Assembly (NCBI GenBank): GCA_965279035.1
Contig: OZ257142.1
Coordinates: 544,001 to 608,000, forward strand
From: Bacteroidia bacterium
GTDB taxonomy: Bacteria > Bacteroidota > Bacteroidia > M30B66
Length of the DNA: 64,000 bases
Reading direction: 5' to 3'
Shown: positions 1 through 10,872 of the stretch, piece by piece
Layout of the letters: every line of letters starts with the position of its first letter
Numbering within the stretch: the stretch's first letter is position 1
Notes under the pieces: model-generated
The model's database searches: none
What the model saw: only the letters and a program-made list of their open reading frames with translations
What the model was told of the DNA's origin: nothing
Position numbers and translations under genes: made by a program

Positions 1-219
1 TTTTGTGTCCATGATTCTTGTGCAACGGAATTTTGGTATGAAAAAACAACTAAAATGAGAACTAAACTTTTTAAGAGGAAGCTCATAAATTGGTATTTTA
101 AATGGTTTAGTGGTTAAATATCAATATTAAATTAATTCTGTACGAGATTATTTCTTTCAATGGAATTACTACTTGTGCATTTATTCGAACATTTCAACTA
201 GTATAGAGTTTCTTGTTGT

Positions 220-1128
220 ATGAAAACAGTTCTCCTCACAGGTGCTACCGGATTAATTGGTTCTCACATACTTCCAATCCTTAAGGAAAACGAATTTCGG
301 ATTCATCTTTTAAGTCGATCTTCGAAACTAGTTCCGTATGCAGATGCTGTTTTCAAATGGAATCCTGAGGAAGGAGAGATGGATGAACAAGCCCTTGATG
401 GTGTTACGCATCTCATCCATTTAGCAGGAGCAGGCATTGCCGATAAACATTGGACGCATGCACGAAAAAAAGAAATCATTCAAAGTAGAGTTCAAAGTGC
501 AGCACTCATTCACCAATTATTGCAAAAGAGAAAACAGCAACTCGAGGTTTTGGTATCAGCATCGGCAATTGGATGGTACGGGGCGATAAGCGATGATAGA
601 CTTCATGTGGAATCAGAGCCGGCTGCCCAAGATTTTTTAGGAGAAACGTGTCGACTTTGGGAACATGCTGCTGATGAATTTAAGGATGTCGCCAAACGAA
701 TAGTTAAATTAAGAACAGGTGTTGTTTTAGCGAAAGAATCGGGAGCACTTCCTCAACTATTAAAACCATTTCAATTTTATGCTGGATCGCCGCTTGGGAC
801 GGGAAAGCAACAAATACAATGGATTCATATTACCGACATTGCACGCATTTATTCGGAAGCTTGCTGCAATGAAACTTGGGAAGGTACTTACAATGCAAGC
901 GCTACCGAAGAATGCAGCAATCGTTTGTTTGCTAAAGAATTAGCTAAAGCCAGCAACAAACCCCTTCTTCCGATATCTGTTCCTTCGTTTGTTTTGAAAT
1001 TGCTACTTGGAGAAATGAGCGCAATGGTATTAGAAGGCAGTCGAGTTTCGAATAAGAAATTAATAGATACTGGTTTCCAATTTCAATTCACTGAATTATC
1101 CAAAGCGTTGAAAAATTTGATTAATTAA
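220..1128 (+). CDS. TIGR01777 family NAD-dependent epimerase/oxidoreductase (YfcH-like)
   Basis: Rossmann TGATGLIG, HLAGAGI, SASAIGWYG, LRTGVVL, WIHITD motifs; DUF1731-like C-terminus. Confidence 0.9.
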   Translation: MKTVLLTGATGLIGSHILPILKENEFRIHLLSRSSKLVPYADAVFKWNPEEGEMDEQALDGVTHLIHLAGAGIADKHWTHARKKEIIQSRVQSAALIHQLLQKRKQQLEVLVSASAIGWYGAISDDRLHVESEPAAQDFLGETCRLWEHAADEFKDVAKRIVKLRTGVVLAKESGALPQLLKPFQFYAGSPLGTGKQQIQWIHITDIARIYSEACCNETWEGTYNASATEECSNRLFAKELAKASNKPLLPISVPSFVLKLLLGEMSAMVLEGSRVSNKKLIDTGFQFQFTELSKALKNLIN

Positions 1129-1525
1129 CAGTCAATGTCAAACTAACCGAATTGGTTATTCCATCTCTGTTAACAACCGTAAACGTATATTTTTCTGTGC
1201 CTGCCTGACTTCTAGTAATAACTTGAATGTCTTTCGAGTAATTATCACCGTTGGAACCGCTTAACGACTCATTCACAATTGTTGTTGCGGCTGCTCCATC
1301 GTACGAAACAGTGCCATTGAAGGTTTTGAGTACGTCTTTATCTTCGGATTTGGAAGCTGTTATTCCGATAAGTAGCGTATCGTTTTGTGTCGCTGTTTGA
1401 TCTTTGAAAACATGTGTCAAATCCACTTTGAATGCAATGTTGGGAAGTTTTCCTTCATCTTTTTCGCAGGATTGAATTAATGCAATGATTCCAATGAACA
1501 AGAATAGGGATGCTAATTTTTTCAT
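1121..1525 (-). CDS. Hypothetical lipoprotein downstream of a TonB-dependent receptor
   Basis: Lipoprotein signal ending IQSC-EKDE; 14 bp downstream of the TBDR gene. Confidence 0.75.
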   Translation of the reverse strand: MKKLASLFLFIGIIALIQSCEKDEGKLPNIAFKVDLTHVFKDQTATQNDTLLIGITASKSEDKDVLKTFNGTVSYDGAAATTIVNESLSGSNGDNYSKDIQVITRSQAGTEKYTFTVVNRDGITNSVSLTLTVN

Positions 1526-1539
1526 TACTGTGGGTGATT

Positions 1540-3558
1540 TTAGTGGATGGGTATAGAAGTGCCGAAGATAATATTTCGTCCTTGATTATATATCCCGTAG
1601 GCTTTAAATCGAGAAAGGTGATCCACGTAATAGGTATTCAAAAGGTTATTGCAACGAAGGTAAAAACTCAATGTTGAATTGTTTTTTAGTTTTCTATCCA
1701 AATTGAACGAGCAATTCCAAAGAGAATACGCCGGAGTTGAAGTTTCATTTTCTGATGGTGTCTTTTGAGCAAACACATAGTCTATCCCCAAACTGCCATG
1801 AAACTGCATACGTTTTCCGGTTCTACTCAAGCTCCAAAGTAGCGTATTGCTCCATTTATTTGCTGGGATATACGGTAAATATGAACTCGAATGGAGTCTG
1901 CCTGTTACAGTTGAAAATGCACTTTGTACTTCAATCACCTTCGTGGTAAAAGGAATGACAGAACATTGAATTTCTCCTCCGGTTAAAATGGCATTTCCTT
2001 GTTTGTATCGAAACACTTGAAACCCAAAAATATTTTCGCTTGTAGGTGCTAGATAAATGTAATTCTGAAACGCATTTCTAAAAATGGAAGCACTAAATCG
2101 GAGATGTTTGGTTTCAATTTGAGTTCCAGATTCAAGGTTGATGTTGTATTCGTTTTTAAGCGATGGATTTCCAATTTCGTATCGAAATATTCCTTCATGT
2201 AAACCATTCGAAGAAAGTTCCGCCAGGTTAGGCGACCGAAATCCATTCGATGCATTGAGACGAAATGTCCAAGAATCGCTGAATGTAAAGATCAATCCGG
2301 CTAATCCATTTGCTGATTTACGCGTGCTATTAAAAGGACGAACTTCTTTATCGGCAGTATTGAGCATGCCCGTTTCAAATGTTTTTATATTTCGGATATT
2401 GGCTCCAATTCCCAATTCTGCACTTAACCATTTTTTAGCTTGATGTCGGATAAATGCACTCAATCCATTCTCATTCATGGAAGCATCAGGTATGATGATT
2501 CTTCCTCCATAATTTGTGTTTGAAATGGTATTACCAACATCACTCAAAATAAATCGTGTACGGCTAGAGATTTCTTTATGCCATTGAATGGAATAGGGAA
2601 GAGAAACCAAATGCATATTCAAGCTAATGGATCCGCCACCTTCATCTTCCATCCTTAAATTCGATTGCAATCCAAGATTTAATTTGAGAAATGAATGTTT
2701 GAGTTGAATGGTATTTTGCGAAGCCAAACAATTCAACAAAACGCTATGGTGCGGTCCTGCCATGCTTCTGCTCCATCGGGCATCGGGGGCAAAAAAATCT
2801 TTCAAATCATTCAAAATAAATCCGAAATGATTTAGTGATGCATTGTAAGAGTTTTCGCTTGTCCAATTTTTACGTACGAATCGAATATTTCCTTTCAAGT
2901 AATACCCATCAAATCGAGAATTCAACACGCGTTGATAATGACCATCACTATAATCAGCACTGTTTTCGGCACCAGCTAGTATACGCCAGTTCTTATTGCC
3001 TTTTTTTCCTTTAAACGCAAGACTGTTAATCGTTCCCAAGGTATTGCTATACGTTCGATTTCGGAATTCTCCTTTCCATCCTTCTTGCTCTAGTTGATTG
3101 TCTTCCACCACATTGATAACTCCTCCTACGGCATCTGTTCCATATATGACAGATGCTGGGCCTTTAATTAATTCAACCCGAAGAATTCCTAAATCGCTTA
3201 ATCCAAGTCCATGTTCATCTTGCCATTGTTGATTATCGAATTTCAACGAAGACAATAATACCAACACACGATTTCCATATAAACCTCGAATAACGGGTTT
3301 CGAAATTCCAATCCCAGTGCTTAATTGATTCACTCCAGGTAATGCAGTAAGCGCCTGACTTAAATTATAATTTCCAGATTCTTGAATGGATTTGCTCGAA
3401 AGACTAGATATATTAAGACTCGATTCTTTCGGAGTTTGTTCTTGAAATCCGATAACTACATGTGGACGAAGTGTTAATGCGGAATCTCCAACAGTCTTTT
3501 GTGCATCGATTTGAGTTGAAATACAAAGGATTAAACACAGTATGATTCGTTGGAACAT
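1540..3558 (-). CDS. TonB-dependent receptor
   Basis: Plug motifs LPGV..KPVIRGL..RVELIKGPASVIYG.DAVGGVINV; barrel motifs FRSPNLAEL, GNPSLKNE, NNLLNTYYVDHLSR. Confidence 0.9.
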   Translation of the reverse strand: MFQRIILCLILCISTQIDAQKTVGDSALTLRPHVVIGFQEQTPKESSLNISSLSSKSIQESGNYNLSQALTALPGVNQLSTGIGISKPVIRGLYGNRVLVLLSSLKFDNQQWQDEHGLGLSDLGILRVELIKGPASVIYGTDAVGGVINVVEDNQLEQEGWKGEFRNRTYSNTLGTINSLAFKGKKGNKNWRILAGAENSADYSDGHYQRVLNSRFDGYYLKGNIRFVRKNWTSENSYNASLNHFGFILNDLKDFFAPDARWSRSMAGPHHSVLLNCLASQNTIQLKHSFLKLNLGLQSNLRMEDEGGGSISLNMHLVSLPYSIQWHKEISSRTRFILSDVGNTISNTNYGGRIIIPDASMNENGLSAFIRHQAKKWLSAELGIGANIRNIKTFETGMLNTADKEVRPFNSTRKSANGLAGLIFTFSDSWTFRLNASNGFRSPNLAELSSNGLHEGIFRYEIGNPSLKNEYNINLESGTQIETKHLRFSASIFRNAFQNYIYLAPTSENIFGFQVFRYKQGNAILTGGEIQCSVIPFTTKVIEVQSAFSTVTGRLHSSSYLPYIPANKWSNTLLWSLSRTGKRMQFHGSLGIDYVFAQKTPSENETSTPAYSLWNCSFNLDRKLKNNSTLSFYLRCNNLLNTYYVDHLSRFKAYGIYNQGRNIIFGTSIPIH

Positions 3559-3669
3559 GCTGCTAAAATATTGAGGATTTTACAAAGGAGATCATCCTAT
3601 ATCTAAAAATCAATTCAATAGTGCATTTAAGCATATCGTTCCGTATAATTGACGTTTACAATTTTCTAC

Positions 3670-4401
3670 ATGAAACACGAAATATTCTCTTGGTACAGTC
3701 CGGCACTTCAAGCCGAAATGCCACTCGCTATTTATGGTCATTATGGGTTTTCAATATTATTGATTCCTACAGCAGGAGCAGATTTTTTAGAATATGAGCG
3801 CTTCCAAATGATGGAATCATTAGCTCCATTTCTTGACAGCGGAAAATGTAAAATCTATTCTATCAACAGCATTAACAAAGAAAGTTGGTTGAATAATGAA
3901 ATGGAACCTTCACACAAAGCGATTCGACACAATCAATTTAATGATTATGTGATGAATGAAGTCATTCCGTTTATTAAGCAAACAAGTAGCGAGGATACTC
4001 CCATAATTACTTGTGGTGCAAGTTTCGGGGCATTACATGCAATGAATCTTTTCATGAAATATCCCGATAAAATTAACGGGGCAATAAGCATGAGCGGCGT
4101 TTATAATCTTGCCGAATACACCAAAGGTTTTTGGGATGACCAGGTGTATTTTAACAGCCCAGAACACTATGTTCAAAATATCAATGATCCTGTTTATCTC
4201 GATCTTATCCGCGCCAGCAATCACATTCACATTTATTCAGGCAGTGGCGATTATGAAGATCCGAATGCAAGTATTCGCTTCTCAAACATCTTAAATGAAA
4301 AAGGAATTCCTCATGATTTAGATATTTGGGGACCTGATGTAACGCACGATTGGCCTACTTGGCGAAAAATGTTACCTTACATTTTGGATACTCGATTCTA
4401 A
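3670..4401 (+). CDS. Esterase family alpha/beta hydrolase
   Basis: GASFG nucleophile elbow, C-terminal HDWPTW; ATG at 3670 preferred to TTG at 3649. Confidence 0.85.
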   Translation: MKHEIFSWYSPALQAEMPLAIYGHYGFSILLIPTAGADFLEYERFQMMESLAPFLDSGKCKIYSINSINKESWLNNEMEPSHKAIRHNQFNDYVMNEVIPFIKQTSSEDTPIITCGASFGALHAMNLFMKYPDKINGAISMSGVYNLAEYTKGFWDDQVYFNSPEHYVQNINDPVYLDLIRASNHIHIYSGSGDYEDPNASIRFSNILNEKGIPHDLDIWGPDVTHDWPTWRKMLPYILDTRF

Positions 4402-4434
4402 TCTCCAAACATATAATTCTTTGGTAAATCCATT

Positions 4435-5028
4435 ATGAAGCTGCTGCGATTTTATGATATTCAATTTGAGCGAGTAACATCGATGCTGCGCGATGATATT
4501 GACATTCGTTATCGATACCATGGGTTGAGTCATACTCTTGATGTGATTGAGCAATCTCAATTTATTGGGAAACAAGAAAAACTATCAGAGTTGGAGCTTT
4601 TAATTTTACGCATTGCCGCTCTATTTCATGATACTGGCTTTTTAATAAAACGCGAATTCCACGAATTACAAAGCATCACGTTCTTTGAATCACTCGCAAG
4701 AGAATTTGAGATAGAAGAAAATTATATTGCTCTGGTTTCAGGTTGCATCCGCGCTTCACAAATTCCACAAAATCCATTGTCGCTCATTGAACAAGTGATG
4801 GGAGATGCCGATTTAGATTACTTAGGTCGGAATGATTTCAAACCCATTGGTGATTTGCTTTTTGAGGAATTAAAAAACTTTGGAGAAATTGATTCTGAAG
4901 AAGATTGGAATGCTTTGCAAATTCGGTTTTTATCGAAACATAAATTCCATACTCATTACTCCATTGTCAATCGACAGCCTTTTCTTGATCAACACCTGAG
5001 AGAACTTATTCAAAGTACTTCACTGTAA
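4435..5028 (+). CDS. Stand-alone HD-domain phosphohydrolase
   Basis: YHGLSHT..AALFHDTGF..DADLDYLGR. Confidence 0.85.
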   Translation: MKLLRFYDIQFERVTSMLRDDIDIRYRYHGLSHTLDVIEQSQFIGKQEKLSELELLILRIAALFHDTGFLIKREFHELQSITFFESLAREFEIEENYIALVSGCIRASQIPQNPLSLIEQVMGDADLDYLGRNDFKPIGDLLFEELKNFGEIDSEEDWNALQIRFLSKHKFHTHYSIVNRQPFLDQHLRELIQSTSL

Positions 5029-5197
5029 ATCGGAATCGTTGAATGAATCAAATTTTAATTTTCTTCAAAATCGCTCGATATACTTTGCAAAAAGCATATT
5101 TACTAAGTAATTGCTAATTCTATTCAATATAAGCACGTCTTAATTCAAACTCAATCCTAATCTCTATTAAATTCGCAACTCAATTTCTTCTTCTCTT

Positions 5198-6088
5198 ATG
5201 TCATTAAACACGATTAAACCAATCGACTCTGATGTTATCTTGGTTCCATTTGATTTTACTGAAGCAGCACAGAATGCTATTGATCACGCCAATCTCTTAG
5301 CTAGACTTTTTAAAAAGAAAATAGTCTTATTACATGTTGTGGAAAAAGGCTTATTTAAATCAGGAACACCCAATACCCTAAGTGAAAAAGAAACTGTTGA
5401 ACGATTAGGGAATATAGCATCTACCAATACGGCTTCGAGTCAAATTGAAACCATTTCAGAAATTAGAAGTGGGAATTTATTTGATACGATTTCGGATACT
5501 GCCGATGAACTTAATGCTGCAATCGTTGTGATGGGAACACACGGTGTTAAAGGAATACAGCATGTTACTGGTAGCAAGGCTTTGAAAGTAATCACCAATT
5601 CGAATCGTCCGTTCGTGGTTGTTCAGAAAAAGGATGTGCGCCTTCACGGATATAAAAACATTGTTCTCCCTTTCGATTTCTCTAAAGAAACAAAGCAAAA
5701 GCTCGTTTGGGCAGTAGAACTTTCTAAAGTGTTCCATTCTACTTTCCACATTCTATCAGCATTCGAAAGCGACGAATACACCGCAAAAGCGGTATCTAAC
5801 AACATTGCTTATGCTAAGAATTACCTCAAAAGCCGTGATTGTGATTTCAAAGTTACAACAGCCGAAAAAGGTGATTTCACAAAAGAAACAATCCGTTTTG
5901 CTTCGGATGTAGAAGCCGATCTAATCATTATCATGACCAATCAAGGCAAATCATTAAGCGAATACATTATTGGTGCATACGAGCAAAATGTAATTGCCAA
6001 CGAAGCACAAATTCCAGTAATGACACTCAATCCGGTTGATAATATGAATGCCGTTAACGGTCACCTTTTCAACTTCGGGAATTTCTAA
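5198..6088 (+). CDS. Universal stress protein (two Usp domains)
   Basis: ILVPFDF..VVMGTHG and second IVLPFDF..IIIMT domain. Confidence 0.9.
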   Translation: MSLNTIKPIDSDVILVPFDFTEAAQNAIDHANLLARLFKKKIVLLHVVEKGLFKSGTPNTLSEKETVERLGNIASTNTASSQIETISEIRSGNLFDTISDTADELNAAIVVMGTHGVKGIQHVTGSKALKVITNSNRPFVVVQKKDVRLHGYKNIVLPFDFSKETKQKLVWAVELSKVFHSTFHILSAFESDEYTAKAVSNNIAYAKNYLKSRDCDFKVTTAEKGDFTKETIRFASDVEADLIIIMTNQGKSLSEYIIGAYEQNVIANEAQIPVMTLNPVDNMNAVNGHLFNFGNF

Positions 6089-6100
6089 TCCTACACTTTA

Positions 6101-6150
6101 AAAAAAGAAACCGTCTTCTCCTAAATAGCTAGGGAAAGACGGTTTTCTTA
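6101..6150. terminator. Bidirectional intrinsic terminator between usp and serS
   Basis: AAACCGTCTT..AAGACGGTTT inverted repeat with A and T tails between convergent genes. Confidence 0.8.
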
Positions 6151-6162
6151 TTTTCTATTCTA

Positions 6163-7437
6163 TCAGTTCAACAAATCGAATCCGCAATAAGGCACTAACG
6201 CTTTGGGGATACGAATTCCTTCAGGTGTTTGATGATTTTCGAGCAAAGCGGCTACAATGCGAGGTAAAGCCAATGCCGATCCATTGAGTGTGTGCGCTAA
6301 ACGTGGTTTTGAATCGCCTTCGCGGAAACGTAATTTCAAACGGTTACTTTGGAAAGCTTCAAAATTGGAAGTAGAACTCACTTCTAACCATTTGCCTTGA
6401 GCTGCTGAATATACTTCCATGTCGTAAGTGAAAGCAGATGCAAACCCCATATCACCACCACATAATTGCAATACGCGATAAGGAAGTTCCAACTCTTTCA
6501 ACAAGCTGGTAACGTGATTACGCATTTCCTCTAACAAGGTGTATGATTGGTCTGGATGTGCAATTTGAACGATCTCTACTTTATCGAATTGATGCAAACG
6601 ATTCAATCCACGAACATCTTTTCCGTATGAACCTGCTTCTCTTCGGAAACAAGGCGTATAACCACAGGCTTTAATCGGAAAATCTTCCGCTTTCTGAATG
6701 GTGTCGCGAAAAATATTGGTAATAGGAACCTCGGCAGTAGGAATCATATAAAAATCATCCACTTGCATATAATACATCTGGCCTTCTTTATCAGGCAATT
6801 GTCCTGTTCCAAAACCCGAATCAGCATTTACCATGAGTGGTGCTTGATATTCGGTATATCCAGCAGCAGTAGCACGTTCAAGGAAGAAGTTTATCAAAGC
6901 ACGTTGCAAACGAGCGCCTTTTCCTTTGTAAAACGGAAAGCCAGCACCTGTTACTTTCACACCTAATTCGAAGTCGACAATGTCGTATTTCTTAGCTAAA
7001 TCCCAGTGTGGTTGTGCATCAGCATGCAAAACAGGAATTTCTCCATGCGATTCTACAGTTACGTTTTCTTCCGGTCCGCGCCCAAAAGGAATGGCTGCAG
7101 ATGGAACATTGGGAATAGTCAACAAAATCTGACGAATCGATTCTTCAGCTTCCACCAATTTACCCTCTAAGACTTTGCTTTCTTCTTTAATCGTTGCTGT
7201 TTCTTCCTTCAACACATTGGCTTCGGCAGCTTTGCCCGATTTAAATAATTCACCAATCTCACGCGCAATCTGATTCGCACGTGCTAATTTGCTATCCAAC
7301 TCGGTTTGTACCGATTTGCGCATATCATCCAATGCGATAATCTGATCCACACGTTCGCGTGCATCTAGATTATTTCGTTTAGCCAATCCAGTAATGGCGG
7401 CCTCTTTATTTTCACGGAGATAAGGAACTTGAAGCAT
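6163..7437 (-). CDS. serS: Serine--tRNA ligase
   Basis: N-terminal coiled coil, PTAEVP, FRREAG..RLHQF, HTLNGSALA; TAACTTTG promoter at 7460-7467. Confidence 0.97.
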   Translation of the reverse strand: MLQVPYLRENKEAAITGLAKRNNLDARERVDQIIALDDMRKSVQTELDSKLARANQIAREIGELFKSGKAAEANVLKEETATIKEESKVLEGKLVEAEESIRQILLTIPNVPSAAIPFGRGPEENVTVESHGEIPVLHADAQPHWDLAKKYDIVDFELGVKVTGAGFPFYKGKGARLQRALINFFLERATAAGYTEYQAPLMVNADSGFGTGQLPDKEGQMYYMQVDDFYMIPTAEVPITNIFRDTIQKAEDFPIKACGYTPCFRREAGSYGKDVRGLNRLHQFDKVEIVQIAHPDQSYTLLEEMRNHVTSLLKELELPYRVLQLCGGDMGFASAFTYDMEVYSAAQGKWLEVSSTSNFEAFQSNRLKLRFREGDSKPRLAHTLNGSALALPRIVAALLENHQTPEGIRIPKALVPYCGFDLLN

Positions 7438-7532
7438 CGTTTTTCTATTTAAGCGGCGGCAAAGTTAAGCCTTGCCGGAAATTAACACACTCCTTTTGAA
7501 GTTCTTTGTAGTTTCGCCTTCTTCTTTCTGCT

Positions 7533-10500
7533 ATGTTTCGCCTCCTGATCAGTATTTTTATCTGCCTTTTTACCCTGAATAGTTCAATTAATGCTCAGGT
7601 TTCTCCATGTAATCAAGTCATTACCGACCCACAAGGTGCCGGCGTTTCTTATTTACCGGATTTGTTTTTTTTAGACACGATTTCTGGCGCACCCAATCAA
7701 AATCTCATAATCAATTTCTCCCTGATCGATTTAGCCGAAGGTGATACTTTACGTATTTATGATGGAATTTTCCTGAACGAACTCGCCATTTTTACTGCCG
7801 GAAGTCAGCTCGATAGTATTCAATCTCTAAGCTCATCTATCATCCTAAACTTCAACAGTGATCAAGCTTTTGAGGCCGAAGGATGGGAAGCGTCTCTAAG
7901 CTGTCAACCAGCTGATTTTATTCAACTCATATTTCCAACCGATACAATTTGTGCCGGATGGGAAGGAAATATCGATATCGATTTTCTAAGTAATCTTCCG
8001 CAAGACTTATTCATCGAAGCATTCCTTAGTAATGATGTCGGAGATTTTTCTAATCCAACACCCATTGGAGAAGCATTCACTTCCGACACAACGCTTTTCT
8101 TGGCATTATCAGCCGATTTAACAGCAAGCGACAACTACAAAATCCGAATTCAAATTAACCTTTCAGATAGTGTTTCAATTTATCAAGATGTTCCGGTAAA
8201 AATTAATACAGCTCCTCAACAGCCAAGCATTACAGGTCCTACAACCTTTTGCGGAGAATCAGTTACGTTCAGCACCGAAGATCAATTTCGGATTGATTTC
8301 CAGTGGTTTTTGAATGCCGACTCCATTCCTTCTGCTAGCAATTTCAACCTAAATACAAATCAATCAGGAACATATTGGGTTACAGCATCAAATAGTTGTG
8401 GAACGCTTTCCTCTTCGACTTTCATTTTAACTCAAATTCCACTGCCCACAACCGCTGTTATACAAACGAACGATGATCAACTATGTCCGGGAGAAGAGGC
8501 CAACATTAGCTTTACTACCGATGGTGACACTTCAGCTTTTACTTGGATTCGATCTGGTTTGCAATTGAGTTTTACTACAGAAGAAATCCAAACTACTGTT
8601 CCAGGAGAATACGTGTTATCTCGCAGTAATCAATGTGGCAGCAGTTTATCCGACACGCTCTTAATTGAAGCCATCCCACTTCCACCAGCAGTAATCATTC
8701 AAGCAGCCGGACCGCTCAGTTTTTGTGAAACTGGAATAGTGCAGTTGAATATTCCCACTGTCGGTAATAACCAAATTCAATGGTTTCGGGATTCGATTGC
8801 AATTCAAACAGGTACTGAAACATTCGATGCTAGTTTATCGGGAATCTATTCGGTTTCGTTGAGTAATGTATGCGGTACAACTCCATCCATCAATACTGCT
8901 GAAGTAAGTGTGCAACTCAACCCAATTCCAGCTATCTTGAGTGCTGCCGGTCCAACTACTCTGTGTGAAGGAAACAGCGTTTTGCTTTTAGCAGAAGTTG
9001 CCAGCGGACAACAAATTTCGTGGCTATTCAATGGTCAACCAACAGGTAATTCAAATGTGCAGTTAAGTGCCAATCAAACGGGCGTTTACAGTTTAACTAC
9101 CAGTAATTCCTGCGGATCAGTTTCATCGCAAAACAACATTCCAGTTACCATTAATCCGCTACCATTTGAACCAACACTTTACAGTTTAAGTACACCAGCA
9201 CTTTGCAATGGAAGTTCAGTTACGATTGCAGTCGAAGCGCAAACAGGCGTTACTTATGCTTGGAAACGGAATGGTTCGGCTTTTCCTGGAACGACCAATA
9301 GTGTCACTACTTCGCAACAAGGTGTATACACGGTTTCGGTGAGTAATGGATGTGGCACATTGTTAAGCACCAACACCATAAGCGTAATATCTGGTTCTGC
9401 TCCTGTAAATCCTACTATCACTGCCGGTGGGACAACAACCTTTTGTCAGGGATTATCAGTAACGCTCACGACACCACCACAACAAGGTGTTATTTATTCT
9501 TGGCTGCTCAATGGTATTCCAACGGGCGATGCATCTTTCTCCATGCAAGCAACTCAAGGCGGCACCTATACCGTTGAAGTTTCCAATGCATGCGACACAC
9601 TAGTTTCTTCAACTAACTTGCCTGTCAATGTATTACCACTTCCTATACAAGTCGAAATAACTCCAATTGGCGAGTACAGCATTTGTCAGGGCGATAGTTT
9701 TGAACTCAATATACCTGTCGTTTCGGGTGTGAGCTATCAATGGCGTCGAAACAATCAACCAGTTGGACTAAACACCAACAGTATTGATGCATTTCAGGAA
9801 GGTAGTTATACCATTGTGCTCGGTAACTCATGTGGCACAACTCCAGCATCCAACTCAGTTTACCTGAATATCGATTCTATTCAACCAGCTCTTTCCGCCA
9901 TTGTTGCTCAACCGGGCACAGCTCTTTGTCCGGGTGGTTATGTGCTACTTAATGCTGCACCCGTTCCTTTTCAGTTGTATCATTGGTACTTAGACGGTGT
10001 CCAAATTCCCAATCAGTTTTCGGCAGTATTACAAGCCACCGAATGGGGAACTTATACCTTACAAACGAACAATGCCTGTGGCACTTCGGCAGAATCTCCT
10101 TCAGTTACGCTCGGACCGGGAGATCCTCCGTCCGATTTTGAAATTTATATTACAAGTGATTCTGTTTTTTGCTCCAACGATAGTCTTGCCATCAATGCAC
10201 AAACTGAATTTGGGGTATCTATTCGTTGGTTTCTAAATGATGTTTTTTTGGTTGAAGGTCCAGCTCAGATTTATGCTCATCAAGCAGGTGTTTACACAGC
10301 AAATTGTTGGAATGGTTGCGGCGAAGCTTCAGGAACTAATCAGTTAGAAATTTCTACGATACCTGCACCCGAAATTCCTATCATCAACCAAAGCGGAAAC
10401 AACCTTACAACCAACGCTTCTGGCACGTTACAATGGCTCGATGCCATATACACAGCCATTCCGGGGGAAACATCTACTCAATTCACACCCGAACCGGTGA

Positions 10501-10817
10501 ATGCTATCTATTTTGTTCAAACCACAGCACCAAATGGGTGTTCCGCTATTTCAGAACCGTTCCACTATAACGTTGATGGAATCGAACAGATCAATTCGAC
10601 CAGTCTGAATTTCTATCCCAATCCCGCCTCCGAATTGATATTCATCCAAAACCCTGGAAACTATACCACGTTTCAGCTTTGTGATATTACAGGTCGTATC
10701 GTAAAAACCAGCAGCATCGCAACCAATAGTAGCATGAGCATGAGTTTAAGCGACTTAACACCCGGGATTTACTGGCTCAAAACCCCAAACAGCACACAAC
10801 GATTGGTGATTTTTTAA
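7533..10817 (+). CDS. T9SS-secreted surface protein: CUB-like domain, about nine Cys-containing Ig-like repeats and type A CTD
   Basis: Signal peptide; CUB-like D.LRIYDG..FNSD...GWEA; repeated ~82-aa units C..G..W..G.Y.V..SN.CG; FYPNPAS..GIYWLK tail. Confidence 0.85.
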   Translation: MFRLLISIFICLFTLNSSINAQVSPCNQVITDPQGAGVSYLPDLFFLDTISGAPNQNLIINFSLIDLAEGDTLRIYDGIFLNELAIFTAGSQLDSIQSLSSSIILNFNSDQAFEAEGWEASLSCQPADFIQLIFPTDTICAGWEGNIDIDFLSNLPQDLFIEAFLSNDVGDFSNPTPIGEAFTSDTTLFLALSADLTASDNYKIRIQINLSDSVSIYQDVPVKINTAPQQPSITGPTTFCGESVTFSTEDQFRIDFQWFLNADSIPSASNFNLNTNQSGTYWVTASNSCGTLSSSTFILTQIPLPTTAVIQTNDDQLCPGEEANISFTTDGDTSAFTWIRSGLQLSFTTEEIQTTVPGEYVLSRSNQCGSSLSDTLLIEAIPLPPAVIIQAAGPLSFCETGIVQLNIPTVGNNQIQWFRDSIAIQTGTETFDASLSGIYSVSLSNVCGTTPSINTAEVSVQLNPIPAILSAAGPTTLCEGNSVLLLAEVASGQQISWLFNGQPTGNSNVQLSANQTGVYSLTTSNSCGSVSSQNNIPVTINPLPFEPTLYSLSTPALCNGSSVTIAVEAQTGVTYAWKRNGSAFPGTTNSVTTSQQGVYTVSVSNGCGTLLSTNTISVISGSAPVNPTITAGGTTTFCQGLSVTLTTPPQQGVIYSWLLNGIPTGDASFSMQATQGGTYTVEVSNACDTLVSSTNLPVNVLPLPIQVEITPIGEYSICQGDSFELNIPVVSGVSYQWRRNNQPVGLNTNSIDAFQEGSYTIVLGNSCGTTPASNSVYLNIDSIQPALSAIVAQPGTALCPGGYVLLNAAPVPFQLYHWYLDGVQIPNQFSAVLQATEWGTYTLQTNNACGTSAESPSVTLGPGDPPSDFEIYITSDSVFCSNDSLAINAQTEFGVSIRWFLNDVFLVEGPAQIYAHQAGVYTANCWNGCGEASGTNQLEISTIPAPEIPIINQSGNNLTTNASGTLQWLDAIYTAIPGETSTQFTPEPVNAIYFVQTTAPNGCSAISEPFHYNVDGIEQINSTSLNFYPNPASELIFIQNPGNYTTFQLCDITGRIVKTSSIATNSSMSMSLSDLTPGIYWLKTPNSTQRLVIF

Positions 10818-10872
10818 TGGTTAAATAGGACTTACCTTACCAATCCGTTCGGTCGATTAGTAATCCGAGATT

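Noticed and set aside
1-86. Possible minus-strand gene start at the left edge (ATG at 86 or 12)
   Set aside because: Too little sequence to support or identify
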